Shown: positions 31,176 to 40,192 of the stretch, in pieces
Position numbering within the stretch: position 1 is the stretch's first letter
How the letters are laid out: every line of letters begins with the position of its first letter
Origin: Vulcanimicrobiota bacterium
GTDB taxonomy: Bacteria > Vulcanimicrobiota > Vulcanimicrobiia > Vulcanimicrobiales > Vulcanimicrobiaceae
Reading direction: 5' to 3'
Assembly: GCA_963795855.1 (NCBI GenBank)
Contig: CAWCIZ010000001.1
Location: 288,001 to 352,000 of the forward strand
Length of the DNA: 64,000 bases
The notes under the pieces: generated by a model
What the model was told of the DNA's origin: nothing
The model's database searches: none
Seen by the model: the letters and a program-made list of their open reading frames with translations, nothing else
Translations under genes and position numbers: made by a program

Positions 31176-31865
31176 TTATTTACGCAATGAGAACAGCGGC
31201 ACCAGTTCGCGCTGCCAGGCGCTGTTGACGATGTTGGCCGTGGCGGCGTAGAAGGCGAAGAACGATGCTGCCAGCAGGAAGTATCCGCCGAGAATGCCCA
31301 GTTCGCGCGCTGCACCCAGGAATTGGATCCCCGGGAGCGTGTAACCGGCGATAAGGCATGCCGTGATCAGCACGTACGTAACATTCAGACGCAGTGCGCC
31401 CAGCATGAGCGCGACCGAGATGTATCCCATACAGAACAGATCCACGGCGAGAAGCAGCATGTTGCTGGGAGTGCGCGGGATCAGGCCGCCGACTTGCATC
31501 CAGACGAACATTGCAACGATGACGTTGTTCGCACCGTATGCGCACATTGCTGTGCCGGCCCACGTGTTGGTGCGTGAGAGCGCGTACAGGCCGGCGATGA
31601 ATTGACCGATGCCGGCGAAGACGAGGAGCGAGGGGACAGCGGCAACGAGCGATGCGGGCATCGCGGCCCACCCGGAAAGAACCCATGCAATCACGACGGT
31701 GCCGACGCAAAAACCGAACAGCCCCATCGCGCCGGGGTCGCCGATACGTGCTTCGCTGGTGGCTTCCTGGCGCTGGACCTCGGTGCTCTCAATAATGGTT
31801 TTGACCGGTCCACCCTCTGTCCACTGCTGTTTCGGGGGACGGGTCAGGGTCGAAGAATCATTCAC
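31176..31865 (-). CDS. GPR1/FUN34/YaaH (SatP) acetate uptake family transporter
   Basis: IGDPGAMGLFGF and GIGQFIAG, 6 TM segments; GTG start after a GAGG RBS. Confidence 0.85.
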   Translation of the reverse strand: MNDSSTLTRPPKQQWTEGGPVKTIIESTEVQRQEATSEARIGDPGAMGLFGFCVGTVVIAWVLSGWAAMPASLVAAVPSLLVFAGIGQFIAGLYALSRTNTWAGTAMCAYGANNVIVAMFVWMQVGGLIPRTPSNMLLLAVDLFCMGYISVALMLGALRLNVTYVLITACLIAGYTLPGIQFLGAARELGILGGYFLLAASFFAFYAATANIVNSAWQRELVPLFSLRK

Positions 31866-31977
31866 GAGAACTACCTCACTTTTGATGTGCCGCGCGGCGC
31901 GACGCACGGCCTCTTAAAGTAATTCCCAGCGTCCGCACGCGTTAAATGGCGGCCGCACGCACGTTTTCGCATATTGT

Positions 31978-32007
31978 TTGACAATGTAAGCGAGCGCGTG
32001 TTATCGT
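31978..32007 (+). promoter_or_regulatory. Putative sigma70 promoter
   Basis: TTGACA-18 nt-TATCGT, upstream of the leader ORF. Confidence 0.55.
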
Positions 32008-32064
32008 GAGTGAACTTTTCGAACGACCCAGAGACACAATGTGCAGAAAGGAGTGACGGCAGTT

Positions 32065-32229
32065 ATGATTTCCAGTATTAAAACCGGCATGCGCCCGCAT
32101 GGGCTCGCAATTTTTACATGCACCGTCAATCCGAACGGCGGAGTGCTGCACATTGCGGAGTTGTTTCGAATCGAGGTTCGGCGCCTTAGGGCAAGCCGTC
32201 AACCGCACCTTCGAAGCCTCCGCGAGTAA
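32065..32229 (+). CDS. Putative leader peptide (54 aa)
   Basis: AGAAAGGAG RBS; the stop codon lies in the loop of the terminator hairpin. Confidence 0.4.
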   Translation: MISSIKTGMRPHGLAIFTCTVNPNGGVLHIAELFRIEVRRLRASRQPHLRSLRE

Positions 32230-32244
32230 TCCGGAGGCTTTTTT
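32214..32244 (+). terminator. Intrinsic terminator/attenuator
   Basis: AAGCCTCCG...CGGAGGCTT followed by a T run, 23 nt before the next ATG. Confidence 0.8.
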
Positions 32245-32267
32245 CATTCACAAAAGTGAGGCGTATC

Positions 32268-32456
32268 ATGGACCACTGGATAAGTGCGCACATCGATAGA
32301 CGCCGCGACGAACTGCAAGCCGACGCCGCCCGCACCCGCATGATACGCATGCTGGAGAGCGGCCGAAGTATCAGCGTCCGCGGCCGCATTGCAGACGGAG
32401 CTGACTCGCTCAGCACTGCATTAGCGAATCTGGCGCAGCGGTTGAGGACTTCCTAA
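32268..32456 (+). CDS. Small hypothetical protein (62 aa)
   Basis: GTGAGG RBS; helical sequence MDHWISAHIDRRRDELQADAAR... Confidence 0.6.
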   Translation: MDHWISAHIDRRRDELQADAARTRMIRMLESGRSISVRGRIADGADSLSTALANLAQRLRTS

Positions 32457-33067
32457 CGGGAGTCCTCTTCGCGCAGCAGCGCGTACAGCGCGTGATCGTG
32501 AAACCGATCGCGCGATCGCTGCACTTCGCGCAGAATGCCTTCGAGCTGGAACCCTAAGCGCTCGGGAATCCGGCGGCTGCGAACGTTTTCCGTTTCCGCG
32601 CGAATTTCGATACGGTGCAGATCGAGCGCTTCGAATGCGTATTCCGCGAGCAGATGGACGGCCCGCGTCATGATGCCGTGGCCGCTGTGTTCTTTGTCGA
32701 GCCAGTAGCCGACGCGCGCATTGGCGTTCACCCAGTCGATCTGATGTAAGTCGATGGCGCCAATCGGCGTGCCGTGGCGCCAAATGCCGGCTTTGAACGC
32801 GGTGTGTTCGTACGCTTCCTTTTCGGCTGCGCGCAAAAATCCGTACGTGTCCGAAACGTCGATGACGCGATCGATCCACGGCATCCACGGCGCCAGATGT
32901 TCGCGGTTGCGAATCGTCACGTCGTAGAGCGAATCGGCGTCTTGCACGCGAAGAAGACGCACCTCGGTGCGCTCGTCGACGTGCAGGCAGAAGTCAACGA
33001 GCGCCGCCGTTATACGCGGCGGCCGAATTACAGATTCCCGAGGTCCGGTGGCGTCGGCTGCGTCCAT
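32453..33067 (-). CDS. RimJ/RimL family GNAT N-acetyltransferase
   Basis: NREHL.PWMPW, VGYWL....G.GIMT, N..SRRIPERLGF..EG. Start uncertain. Confidence 0.9.
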   Translation of the reverse strand: MDAADATGPRESVIRPPRITAALVDFCLHVDERTEVRLLRVQDADSLYDVTIRNREHLAPWMPWIDRVIDVSDTYGFLRAAEKEAYEHTAFKAGIWRHGTPIGAIDLHQIDWVNANARVGYWLDKEHSGHGIMTRAVHLLAEYAFEALDLHRIEIRAETENVRSRRIPERLGFQLEGILREVQRSRDRFHDHALYALLREEDSR

Positions 33068-34449
33068 ATCGTCGTAAAGGTTTTCAGCGTGGCTTGCGAA
33101 CTTACTGCTTGCCCGAGCGCGCGTTGTGAAAGCGCCAAGCCGTAGAGCGCGCGCGGATCGTTCGGGTAGCGCGTCAGCGCAGCTTCGAACGCAGTTTGCG
33201 CTTGGTCGTAGCGCTTTTGCCGGTAGTAGAACGCGCCCAGCGCCTCTGCCGCGGGAAATACCGGCAACTGTTCGGCGCCGTCTTCGCGCTGCTGATAGGC
33301 GATCGCGCGCGTAAGCGCGTCAACGGCGGCATCGGTTCGCCCATCGTGCTCGTCGATCGCCGCTGCGAGCAGCCACCGGTAATCGCCATCGATGTTTCCG
33401 TATAGCGCCAGCATTTTGCGAGCATCGTCCATCACGCCGAAATGCACGTCGGTCAATCCTCGCGCGAGCGGAGCGTAGAACTCATTCGTCGCGCCCGACG
33501 AAGCGATGCGCTGCCACTGTCCAAAGCGCGCCCAGGTTGCCCACAGATCGCTGCCTTCGTATTCATGACCGACGCGCGCGGCCCACGCTTCCGCAACGTG
33601 CAGATCTCCGAGCATCAGCGCGTTCGTCCATCCGGTGTACGCGTCGTGCGCGCCGTAATGCAGTTTGAACGGCCGATCGGTTTGCGCGTTCCATTGCTCG
33701 CGCAGGCGCCAGGCGGTCTCGCTTACCGCCAGGGCCTTCGCGTACTCGCCGACTTCCGTATACGTGTGCGCGGGCATATGCGCGAGGTGCTCTTCGGCGG
33801 GATCGAGCGTCCATGTTGCCACGCGATCTGCGCACACAAGTGCGGGACCGCGGTCTGCCGCGTAATCGTACGCGTGCATGCACAAGTGATTGGCGAATAC
33901 GTGGTTTGGATCGCGAGCCAGGACACGTGTGATAATTGCGACCGCATCGGCATCGGGATGTTCGACACCGCTGTGCTCGAGCAGCGCCTCGGCATCCAAC
34001 ATGGCCGCATCGTCGTCTTGCGGATAGGCCGACACCAGCGCCGCCATCGCCGCGCGGTATTGCGCTTCGGCGCCGTCGTGCTGTTCGTAGATGCCGCCGT
34101 AGCGTTTCGCAGCCGCATCGATGTACGCGCGTTCCTCCGGCGAGGCATAGCGTTGGAGCGAGAGTGCGTGAAGTGCGGCTGCGTGTGCGCGCGCGAAGCG
34201 GGCCGGATCGAGCGGCGTGTTGAGATCGGTACCGTTGGCGAGCGCTTCGCCCCAAGCCGCGATCGCGAGGTGCGGGTCATGGCGCAGCGCCGCCTGAAAC
34301 GCGAGGTTCGCCGCATCGCCGTCGTAGGTGTACAGCAGCGTAAGGCCGCGATCGAACGCCGCTTGCGCTTGCGCATCGCGCGTCGTTACCGGATGATGAG
34401 CGCTCGGGGTGAAAGCGAGCGCGGCTGCCAGGGCGAGGGCGGCTATCAC
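33028..34449 (-). CDS. Secreted TPR-containing protein
   Basis: Signal peptide from the GTG at 34449, AQAAFDRGL, H.FANH..MHA, HLAHMPAHTY and C-terminal TPRs. Confidence 0.8.
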   Translation of the reverse strand: MIAALALAAALAFTPSAHHPVTTRDAQAQAAFDRGLTLLYTYDGDAANLAFQAALRHDPHLAIAAWGEALANGTDLNTPLDPARFARAHAAALHALSLQRYASPEERAYIDAAAKRYGGIYEQHDGAEAQYRAAMAALVSAYPQDDDAAMLDAEALLEHSGVEHPDADAVAIITRVLARDPNHVFANHLCMHAYDYAADRGPALVCADRVATWTLDPAEEHLAHMPAHTYTEVGEYAKALAVSETAWRLREQWNAQTDRPFKLHYGAHDAYTGWTNALMLGDLHVAEAWAARVGHEYEGSDLWATWARFGQWQRIASSGATNEFYAPLARGLTDVHFGVMDDARKMLALYGNIDGDYRWLLAAAIDEHDGRTDAAVDALTRAIAYQQREDGAEQLPVFPAAEALGAFYYRQKRYDQAQTAFEAALTRYPNDPRALYGLALSQRALGQAVSSQATLKTFTTIWTQPTPPDLGNL

Positions 34450-35558
34450 GCCGCTTTCTTCTTGCGTCCCTTCAACGATTGCTTCAATTGGCGAACGGTT
34501 CGTGAACTGTCGGTTTCCTTCGCTCGCTCGCGCAGCAGGGCAAGAACGAATACCTCGTCCGGAAGCAGTCCGTCGGTGTGGCGCATCGCTGCCGGTGCAG
34601 AGATGGCGCCGTGTTCGAGATATGCGTCCACAACCTCGGGGTGCACGTAGCATTTGCGGCACACCGCGGGTGTGTTGCCGAGGCGTTGCGCGACGTCTTT
34701 GATGACGTCCGTCAACCGCTGCTTGCGCTCGGTTTGCGTCTCCGCTGCTTCCAGCTGCGCGAGCAGCGATGCGCAGGTTACGGTACCCAACCACGTGCGA
34801 AAATCTTTCGCGGAAAATTCTTCGTCCGAAATCGCCCGAATGTAGTCGTTGACGTCCGACGAGTCGATCGCGCGCGTCGCGCCATCGTCGTCGACGTACT
34901 CGAAGAGTTGTTGTCCCGGCAAATCTTGGCATTTGCGAATGATGCGCGCGAGGCGGTTGTCGCGCAAATCGATCGCGTGACGCACGCCGCTCTTTCCGCG
35001 AAACGAGAAGCGTACAGTCGAGCCTTGCACTTTCGCGTGCTTGTTTTGCAGCGTGGTCAGTCCGAAGGAGCCGTTGTCTTTGGCGTATTCGTCGTTGCCG
35101 ACACGAATCGCCGTGCTTTCCAGCAATTGCACCACGGTGGCCAGGACTTTTTCGCGCGGCAGTCCCGCAAGCGCCAAATCCGCTTCGACGCGTTTGCGGA
35201 TCGCCGGAAGCGCTTGCGCGAACGCGATCATGCGCCCGTATTTCGTTTCATCGCGGATTTCACGCCAGCGTTTATGGTAGCGATACTGCTTACGCCCGCG
35301 GGCGTCGCGCCCGGTGGCCTGCAGATGACCGTTCTCAAGCGGACAGATCCACACGTCCGCATAAGCGGGCGGGACCGCCAGCGATTTGATGCGTGCCAGA
35401 TCTTTTTCATCGGTAATTTCTTTGCCGTCCGGGGCAACGTACGCGAAATGCTTTCCGCGCGCGATGCGTTTGATGCCGGGCATCGCATCGCTCACGTAGC
35501 GAAGCCCGGCGGCTTTCGCCGCGGCGACCGGATCCGCGAGCGTTTCAGGAGCGGTCAT
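34446..35558 (-). CDS. DNA topoisomerase IB (bacterial, poxvirus-like)
   Basis: GHLQATGRDARGRKQYRYH, IRVGN, SFGLTT, F.GKSG, KDFRTW and LGNTPAVCRKCYVHP (catalytic Tyr). Confidence 0.95.
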   Translation of the reverse strand: MTAPETLADPVAAAKAAGLRYVSDAMPGIKRIARGKHFAYVAPDGKEITDEKDLARIKSLAVPPAYADVWICPLENGHLQATGRDARGRKQYRYHKRWREIRDETKYGRMIAFAQALPAIRKRVEADLALAGLPREKVLATVVQLLESTAIRVGNDEYAKDNGSFGLTTLQNKHAKVQGSTVRFSFRGKSGVRHAIDLRDNRLARIIRKCQDLPGQQLFEYVDDDGATRAIDSSDVNDYIRAISDEEFSAKDFRTWLGTVTCASLLAQLEAAETQTERKQRLTDVIKDVAQRLGNTPAVCRKCYVHPEVVDAYLEHGAISAPAAMRHTDGLLPDEVFVLALLRERAKETDSSRTVRQLKQSLKGRKKKAA

Positions 35559-36082
35559 GCGGCCTGACCATCGTAGCGCAGTGTGCCGCCGGCGCGGCGA
35601 ACGCCTTGCGTCAACGCGTGCGGCTGCAGCCGGCCGTTCGCCATGAGGTGCCGCACGTCGATGCCGTGCAGCAGTACGGCAGCGTCGGAAATGAGCCGGC
35701 GGTGGCACCGCCACCACAACGTTTCCGAGCACATGATTGCCGTTTTGCGATGCGACAACGAGTCGACCAGCGAATTCAGGGCGCTCAAAAACCGTTCCGT
35801 TTCCATGTAATCGGCGTATCCGCGAAATGACGGATTGCGCAGCGCCGTATGATGTGAACTCGGTTGCGGGGTGCGGAATCCGCCGAGATCGCGCTCCCAA
35901 ACGTACTCCGCTCCCGCTTCCGCGGGAACCCAGATCGCCATCTTGTCGCCCCACACCCATGGGTGGACGCGACTTTTCGGAACCGTGCGGACATCCACCA
36001 CGCGAGCGATGCCGGCCGCCTGTATCAGGCTTGCGAGTTCGTCCTGCGTAAGTGTGCCGTGCCCGAACGTCAGAAGTTCCAC
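35555..36082 (-). CDS. DUF488 family protein
   Basis: TFGHG, VDVR..P.SR, LGG.R, FRGYADYM, MCSE..WWRCHRRLI.D. Confidence 0.92.
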   Translation of the reverse strand: MELLTFGHGTLTQDELASLIQAAGIARVVDVRTVPKSRVHPWVWGDKMAIWVPAEAGAEYVWERDLGGFRTPQPSSHHTALRNPSFRGYADYMETERFLSALNSLVDSLSHRKTAIMCSETLWWRCHRRLISDAAVLLHGIDVRHLMANGRLQPHALTQGVRRAGGTLRYDGQAA

Positions 36083-36246
36083 GTCTACCTGTATATCCGC
36101 TAGCCGCCGCTTTCATACTTGAAGACGCTCTCAATGCGGTCGGTGCATGGCGGCCGTTCGGCCGGTCAGCGCGTCAATGGCATTCGAGCAAGCCGGTAGA
36201 CAGGTGGACGCGCGGTAGCGTAAAATAGCCCGGTCCCCGACAGCAT

Positions 36247-36321
36247 GGGCGCGTAGCTCAGTGGGAGAGCATCCGCTTCACACGCGGGGGGTCGTTGGTT
36301 CAATCCCAACCGTGCCCACCA
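36247..36321 (+). tRNA. tRNA-Val(CAC)
   Basis: GGGCGCGTAGCTCAGTGGGAGAGC...CCGC-TTCACAC-GCGG...GGTTCAATCC...GCCCACCA cloverleaf. Confidence 0.95.
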
Positions 36322-36392
36322 TTTTGTCGCAGACACGCTTAGAGGTCCGAGTCCGGCGGAGTGCCAATAGTGCTCGCCGGTCTCATGGCGAT

Positions 36393-36469
36393 GGCGCTGT
36401 AGCTCAGTTGGTTAGAGCGCCGCCCTGTCACGGCGGAGGTCGAGGGTTCGAGCCCCTTCAGCGTCGCCA
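36393..36469 (+). tRNA. tRNA-Asp(GTC)
   Basis: GGCGCTGTAGCTCAGTTGGTTAGAGCG-CCGCC-CTGTCAC-GGCGG-AGGTCGAGGGTTCGAGCCCCTTCAGCGTCGCCA. Confidence 0.97.
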
Positions 36470-36499
36470 TTTTTTCGGACCTCCAACAAGGTTCCGCAA

Positions 36500-36533
36500 A
36501 CGAAGAAGCCCCGTAAACACGAGGCTTTTTCGT
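36500..36533. terminator. Hairpin terminator after tRNA-Asp
   Basis: ACGAAGAAGCCCCGT-AAAC-ACGAGGCTTTTTCGT. Confidence 0.7.
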
Positions 36534-36618
36534 CTTTTACGGGGCCACGCGCTAAGGCCCGCGAGATGGGAGTATGCCTTTTTGCTGACTACAAAGAACG
36601 ACATAGAATCGCCGGCGC

Positions 36619-36855
36619 TCACGAGTGAAATGCAACAATCAACAGCACCACTACGGCAGCGAGGACTACCGCGCCGCCGATTACCGTAGACAGCACGACC
36701 ATGCCACCGCCGATAAAGCGTATCGCCGGCACACTCGGGTAAAAACGGGACGACTTCAGCCAACCCTCGGCATGGCGTCCAAGCAGAACGATGAACAAAC
36801 CGACGAGCACCCAAAAGCCGCAAATGAAAACTGCGAGCAGCATCATCGGATTCAT
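36619..36855 (-). CDS. Small membrane protein (78 aa)
   Basis: Two strongly hydrophobic segments; lies inside the first repeat-bounded unit. Confidence 0.55.
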   Translation of the reverse strand: MNPMMLLAVFICGFWVLVGLFIVLLGRHAEGWLKSSRFYPSVPAIRFIGGGMVVLSTVIGGAVVLAAVVVLLIVAFHS

Positions 36856-37128
36856 TAGGCTTGCGCGTCATCTTGAGGCGCAGGTAGTAATTCCGATAAC
36901 TTTTCGGCTTCTATGCTGGCCCTCTCGATCGCCTTCGGATCTCAGCTATTACTTTCGCGTACTGACTAATCTCCTCGTCCTCGATGCTCTCAGCGGCACC
37001 GCTCGCCTACACGTCAAAGGAGTAGCCTTTGCGAATGCGGTTTCAAAATCTCCTAAGCGATACGTGAAGTCTGTTTCGGAGAGCGTTACATTCTTTAGTG
37101 GTTGCGTCACCAAGTTGCCTTCTTGTGT

Positions 37129-37603
37129 TTATTGACGGTGTGTGAAGGCTTCCGTAGGCGAAACATCGAGCCCGCGTGAGTTCACCCAGTGAACAACGTC
37201 GGCGCCGTCTTGCAAATTGTAGGCCGTGCACTCTGAAATACAATGGAACGAGTGGACGCGCCGCGCCGGTAAGTAGACATAATCACCGGCGTGCAAAGTG
37301 ACGGGTGCTTCTCCTTTGAATTGATGCGACCCGTATCCGCTTATGAGGATTAGCTGCGTATTTGCGGCGTGCCAGTGTGGTGGAATCATGCATCCCGATG
37401 CTATTTTGGCAATCTCCACGGAAGCGCCTCGGCGCGGATCCCCTTCCACCATGGCGACGCGCACGCACGGCGGCAAGAACGGCACTTTAACGAAGCGGGC
37501 GCTTTGGAGTGAAGAGACGTGGGCTGCGGGAGGCTTCTGCGGCCGCCACTCCCGACACCGCAATGATGCCGAGGAGGAGAAACACATATATGGTCGGTCT
37601 CAT
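37129..37603 (-). CDS. Secreted cupin-domain protein (DUF4437-like), frameshift near 37505
   Basis: AGGAGG RBS, then signal peptide MRPTIYVFLLLGIIAVSGVAAA; continues in another frame with GDP..G, IPPHWH...ISG and L.AGDYVYLPA...H. Confidence 0.75.
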
Positions 37604-37642
37604 GACGAACCTCCTAATCGTGTGTTCCGGCTAGGGTTCCGT

Positions 37643-37691
37643 CGCCCTGTCACGGCGGAGGTCGAGGGTTCGAGCCCCTTCAGCGTCGCCA
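37643..37691 (+). repeat. Direct repeat of the tRNA-Asp 3' 49 bp (att-like), copy 2
   Basis: Identical to 36421-36469. Confidence 0.97.
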
Positions 37692-37696
37692 TTTAA

Positions 37697-37732
37697 AAAG
37701 AAGCCTCGGTGCATATGCGCTGGGGCTTCTTT
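37697..37732. terminator. Hairpin terminator after repeat copy 2
   Basis: AAAGAAGCCTCGGTGC-ATAT-GCGCTGGGGCTTCTTT. Confidence 0.75.
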
Positions 37733-37733
37733 G

Positions 37734-38249
37734 TTATTTCGCAGCGGCCGGATCGCTGAGCAATTTGCCCGCTCCAACAGCTGCCGAAAGAACGTTTCGA
37801 ACTCCGGATCCAATGCTTGCGCTCGACCGCATTTTCAAAGATTGCTTGTGCGATCGGCATGCGCGCAACCGGCGCGAACGCCGATACCCAAGTGCGCCAG
37901 CGGTGATCGTCCACTGAGCGACCGTTTGCGTAAGAAATAGATGTCCTGCAAGCCGTCAATCCCATTGCGAACGAACATCATTGATTGCAGGTACTCGGGG
38001 TCGTGGTAAGCGCAACTCGCCGATTGTGGGATCGCCGGAGAGATATTCCTTCAACGCTATCGGGCGATCAGTGAGTTGAGCCCGTATATCGTAGATGCGC
38101 TGCACCATGGCGTTTTGAATCTCCATAGTGGCCGCCCTATGCGCCGCATCCGCCTGACGCTTCACTTGAAGTGCTTGCGTGCGAGTATAAACCAACGAAA
38201 TGATGCCGACGCCTATGCCGGACAACCCGAAGACAATGCCCAGGTCCAT
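37734..38249 (-). pseudogene. Hypothetical protein with N-terminal TM helix (several frameshifts)
   Basis: Pieces in successive frames: MDLGIVFGLSGIGVGIISLVYTRTQ.../YHDPEYLQSMMFVRNGIDGLQDIYFLRK/DDHRWRTWVSAF.../LDPEFETFFRQLL. Probable stop at about 37734, next to the hairpin. Confidence 0.55.
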
Positions 38250-38281
38250 TTGATCGGCCCGCTTTCAACGCGTTAGCGGCG

Positions 38282-38330
38282 CGCCCTGTCACGGCGGAGG
38301 TCGAGGGTTCGAGCCCCTTCAGCATCGCCA
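38282..38330 (+). repeat. Direct repeat of the tRNA-Asp 3' 49 bp (att-like), copy 3
   Basis: Matches 36421-36469 with one mismatch (AGCATCGCCA versus AGCGTCGCCA). Confidence 0.97.
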
Positions 38331-38367
38331 TTTTTCCCCTAGAGTTCTGACCTCCGGGGGGCATAGA

Positions 38368-38395
38368 GAAAAGCCCTGATTTGTCGGGGCTTTTC
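38368..38395. terminator. Hairpin after repeat copy 3
   Basis: GAAAAGCCCTGA-TTTG-TCGGGGCTTTTC. Confidence 0.7.
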
Positions 38396-38920
38396 GCGTC
38401 CTCTGGATACGGCTACAAGGCTGCACGTATGTGGTTCGCATGGACGCCTGACGAGGCACAGCGCTTGCCGATTACGCCGCGCACCTGATGTCGACGGGGA
38501 GAGGCTGCTTCTTGCCGATTAGCATGTCGGTGAACACGATTGATCAGCGGTGCTTGCTCTCTGAGTTCTGATCGCGTTTCCCTCGATGGAATACGAGCGA
38601 TTGCGTATGAGCAAGGCATTGTGCGCCGTGTTGGCACAATGCCAAGGTGGGATGAAGCGCCTTTCTGGTATTGATGCCCGCCTGGAAAAGCGAAGGGCGG
38701 GGATGCGGACATTCGCTGGACTAGGGTGAATTAACCACCGCTGCGAGGCATTGGCGCGCGGCAGATAGCGTACGCGGTGTCGCGACCGCAATAACATGAA
38801 CTCTAACAACGACGTCTTTGAATCGTTCCAGCGGCGGCGCATAGCATTTATGCGTGACTGGCGATGCGGAAGTGACGAGAAGCCGCGCAGCCCTACGATA
38901 TATGTTATAGTGAGCCGCGC

Positions 38921-39185
38921 TTGGACGTGTGCCCCTGTTGCGCATATCCGACTCTGCTCACGTCTCGCCAGTCAACGCACGCGTGTGAGCTGCGACGGCT
39001 GGTGCGATGATGGACAGGACGATCCTCGCTATCGAATAAGACCCGATTACTATGGCGCAGACGAGACAGCCGGGGTTCCCGACTGCGGTCCCAACTACAA
39101 TTACTCGCTGACGGAAGCGCGCCTGAACTTTTCGCGTTATCAGCAGAAGTACCGTCGCAACGACGATCATTTTGATCGCTACTAG
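38921..39185 (+). pseudogene. CPCC cysteine-rich family protein, disrupted
   Basis: VCPCCAYPTL...CEL, then in another frame WCDDGQDDP...GPNYNYSLTEARLNF. Confidence 0.65.
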
Positions 39186-40192
39186 CTGATGAAAGAGTGA
39201 GGACGGCACTGATCGCCGCATTCGATTCCCGACCGCCATCGGTCGAACCACAACGCTACATTTCGGCGTTGCCGAAGATCAATGCGATCTTTGGCAGCGC
39301 TCTACGAAGCGCCTCGGGGAAAGCCGTATCTGGGCGGCCAGAAGACGAAGGAATGATACGAGGCGCACAGAAGGCCAGAGCCGCGCGAGACGGGCTCTTC
39401 TGGCGCAGGCTGTACGAGAAGGCGGGCATCGACCCAAGCAGCGGGGCGATTAAGAAGCAGGTCAGCCGTTAGTTATTCTCGTCACCCCGTCCGGTTCTGT
39501 TCTTTTCGGGCTGGATTCGCCCCCCCCAGATAGTAGGCCGCACACGAAATGCAGCGTGATGCGAATGTCAGCGCCGTCCACAGCGAGCGCATCAAACGGT
39601 CATCCTCGACTGCGTCGATCGACGATGCGCCCTCAAAAAACAAATAGGGACGTCGTAATTCTACGAGTCGAGAAATTGAGCGATTCTGCTGGAACCTCTT
39701 CGATAGAACGCTCTCTCAGTGCATAGCGCTCGATACGATCCGCTTTGCGCCACAGACCGCGGTCTTGTTCTGTCAAACCGCGGTAATCCACATGTGGAAC
39801 AGAGGCTGTTTCTTCATCGCGTGGGTATGCGCGAACGAAATGACTCAGCCTGTCAGGGGTGGCTATCAGGGGAGCGACGGCGTATGTTAAGTCCAGCGTT
39901 GTAGCCACTACGGCGTAGGCGCTTTCTGCGTTCCATGAGCCAGCGGTTCGCAGACATCGTTTCGCCGCGACGGAATATCCCAGAGCGGCATAGCGTCTAT
40001 GTGAAAGCCTGTGCTAGAGTCGCACTGCGAAGCCAAGAGCGACGATGGCACCTAGTCGATAGAAAAGCGTATTTCACTTTCGGTCACGGACTTTCTGCCC
40101 AAAGCCAGGAGTCTTCAAAGTGTGCTTTATGCCAACGCGGGCAATGAATCGGCATTTAAAACAAGTCGATGTTCTGCGCCGTGGTTTCTTCC

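Noticed and set aside
36421..38330. CRISPR array or three tRNA-Asp genes
   Set aside because: Spacers are 0.6-1.2 kb, the repeat is tRNA sequence, and there are no cas genes. Copies 2 and 3 lack the 5' acceptor strand and D arm.
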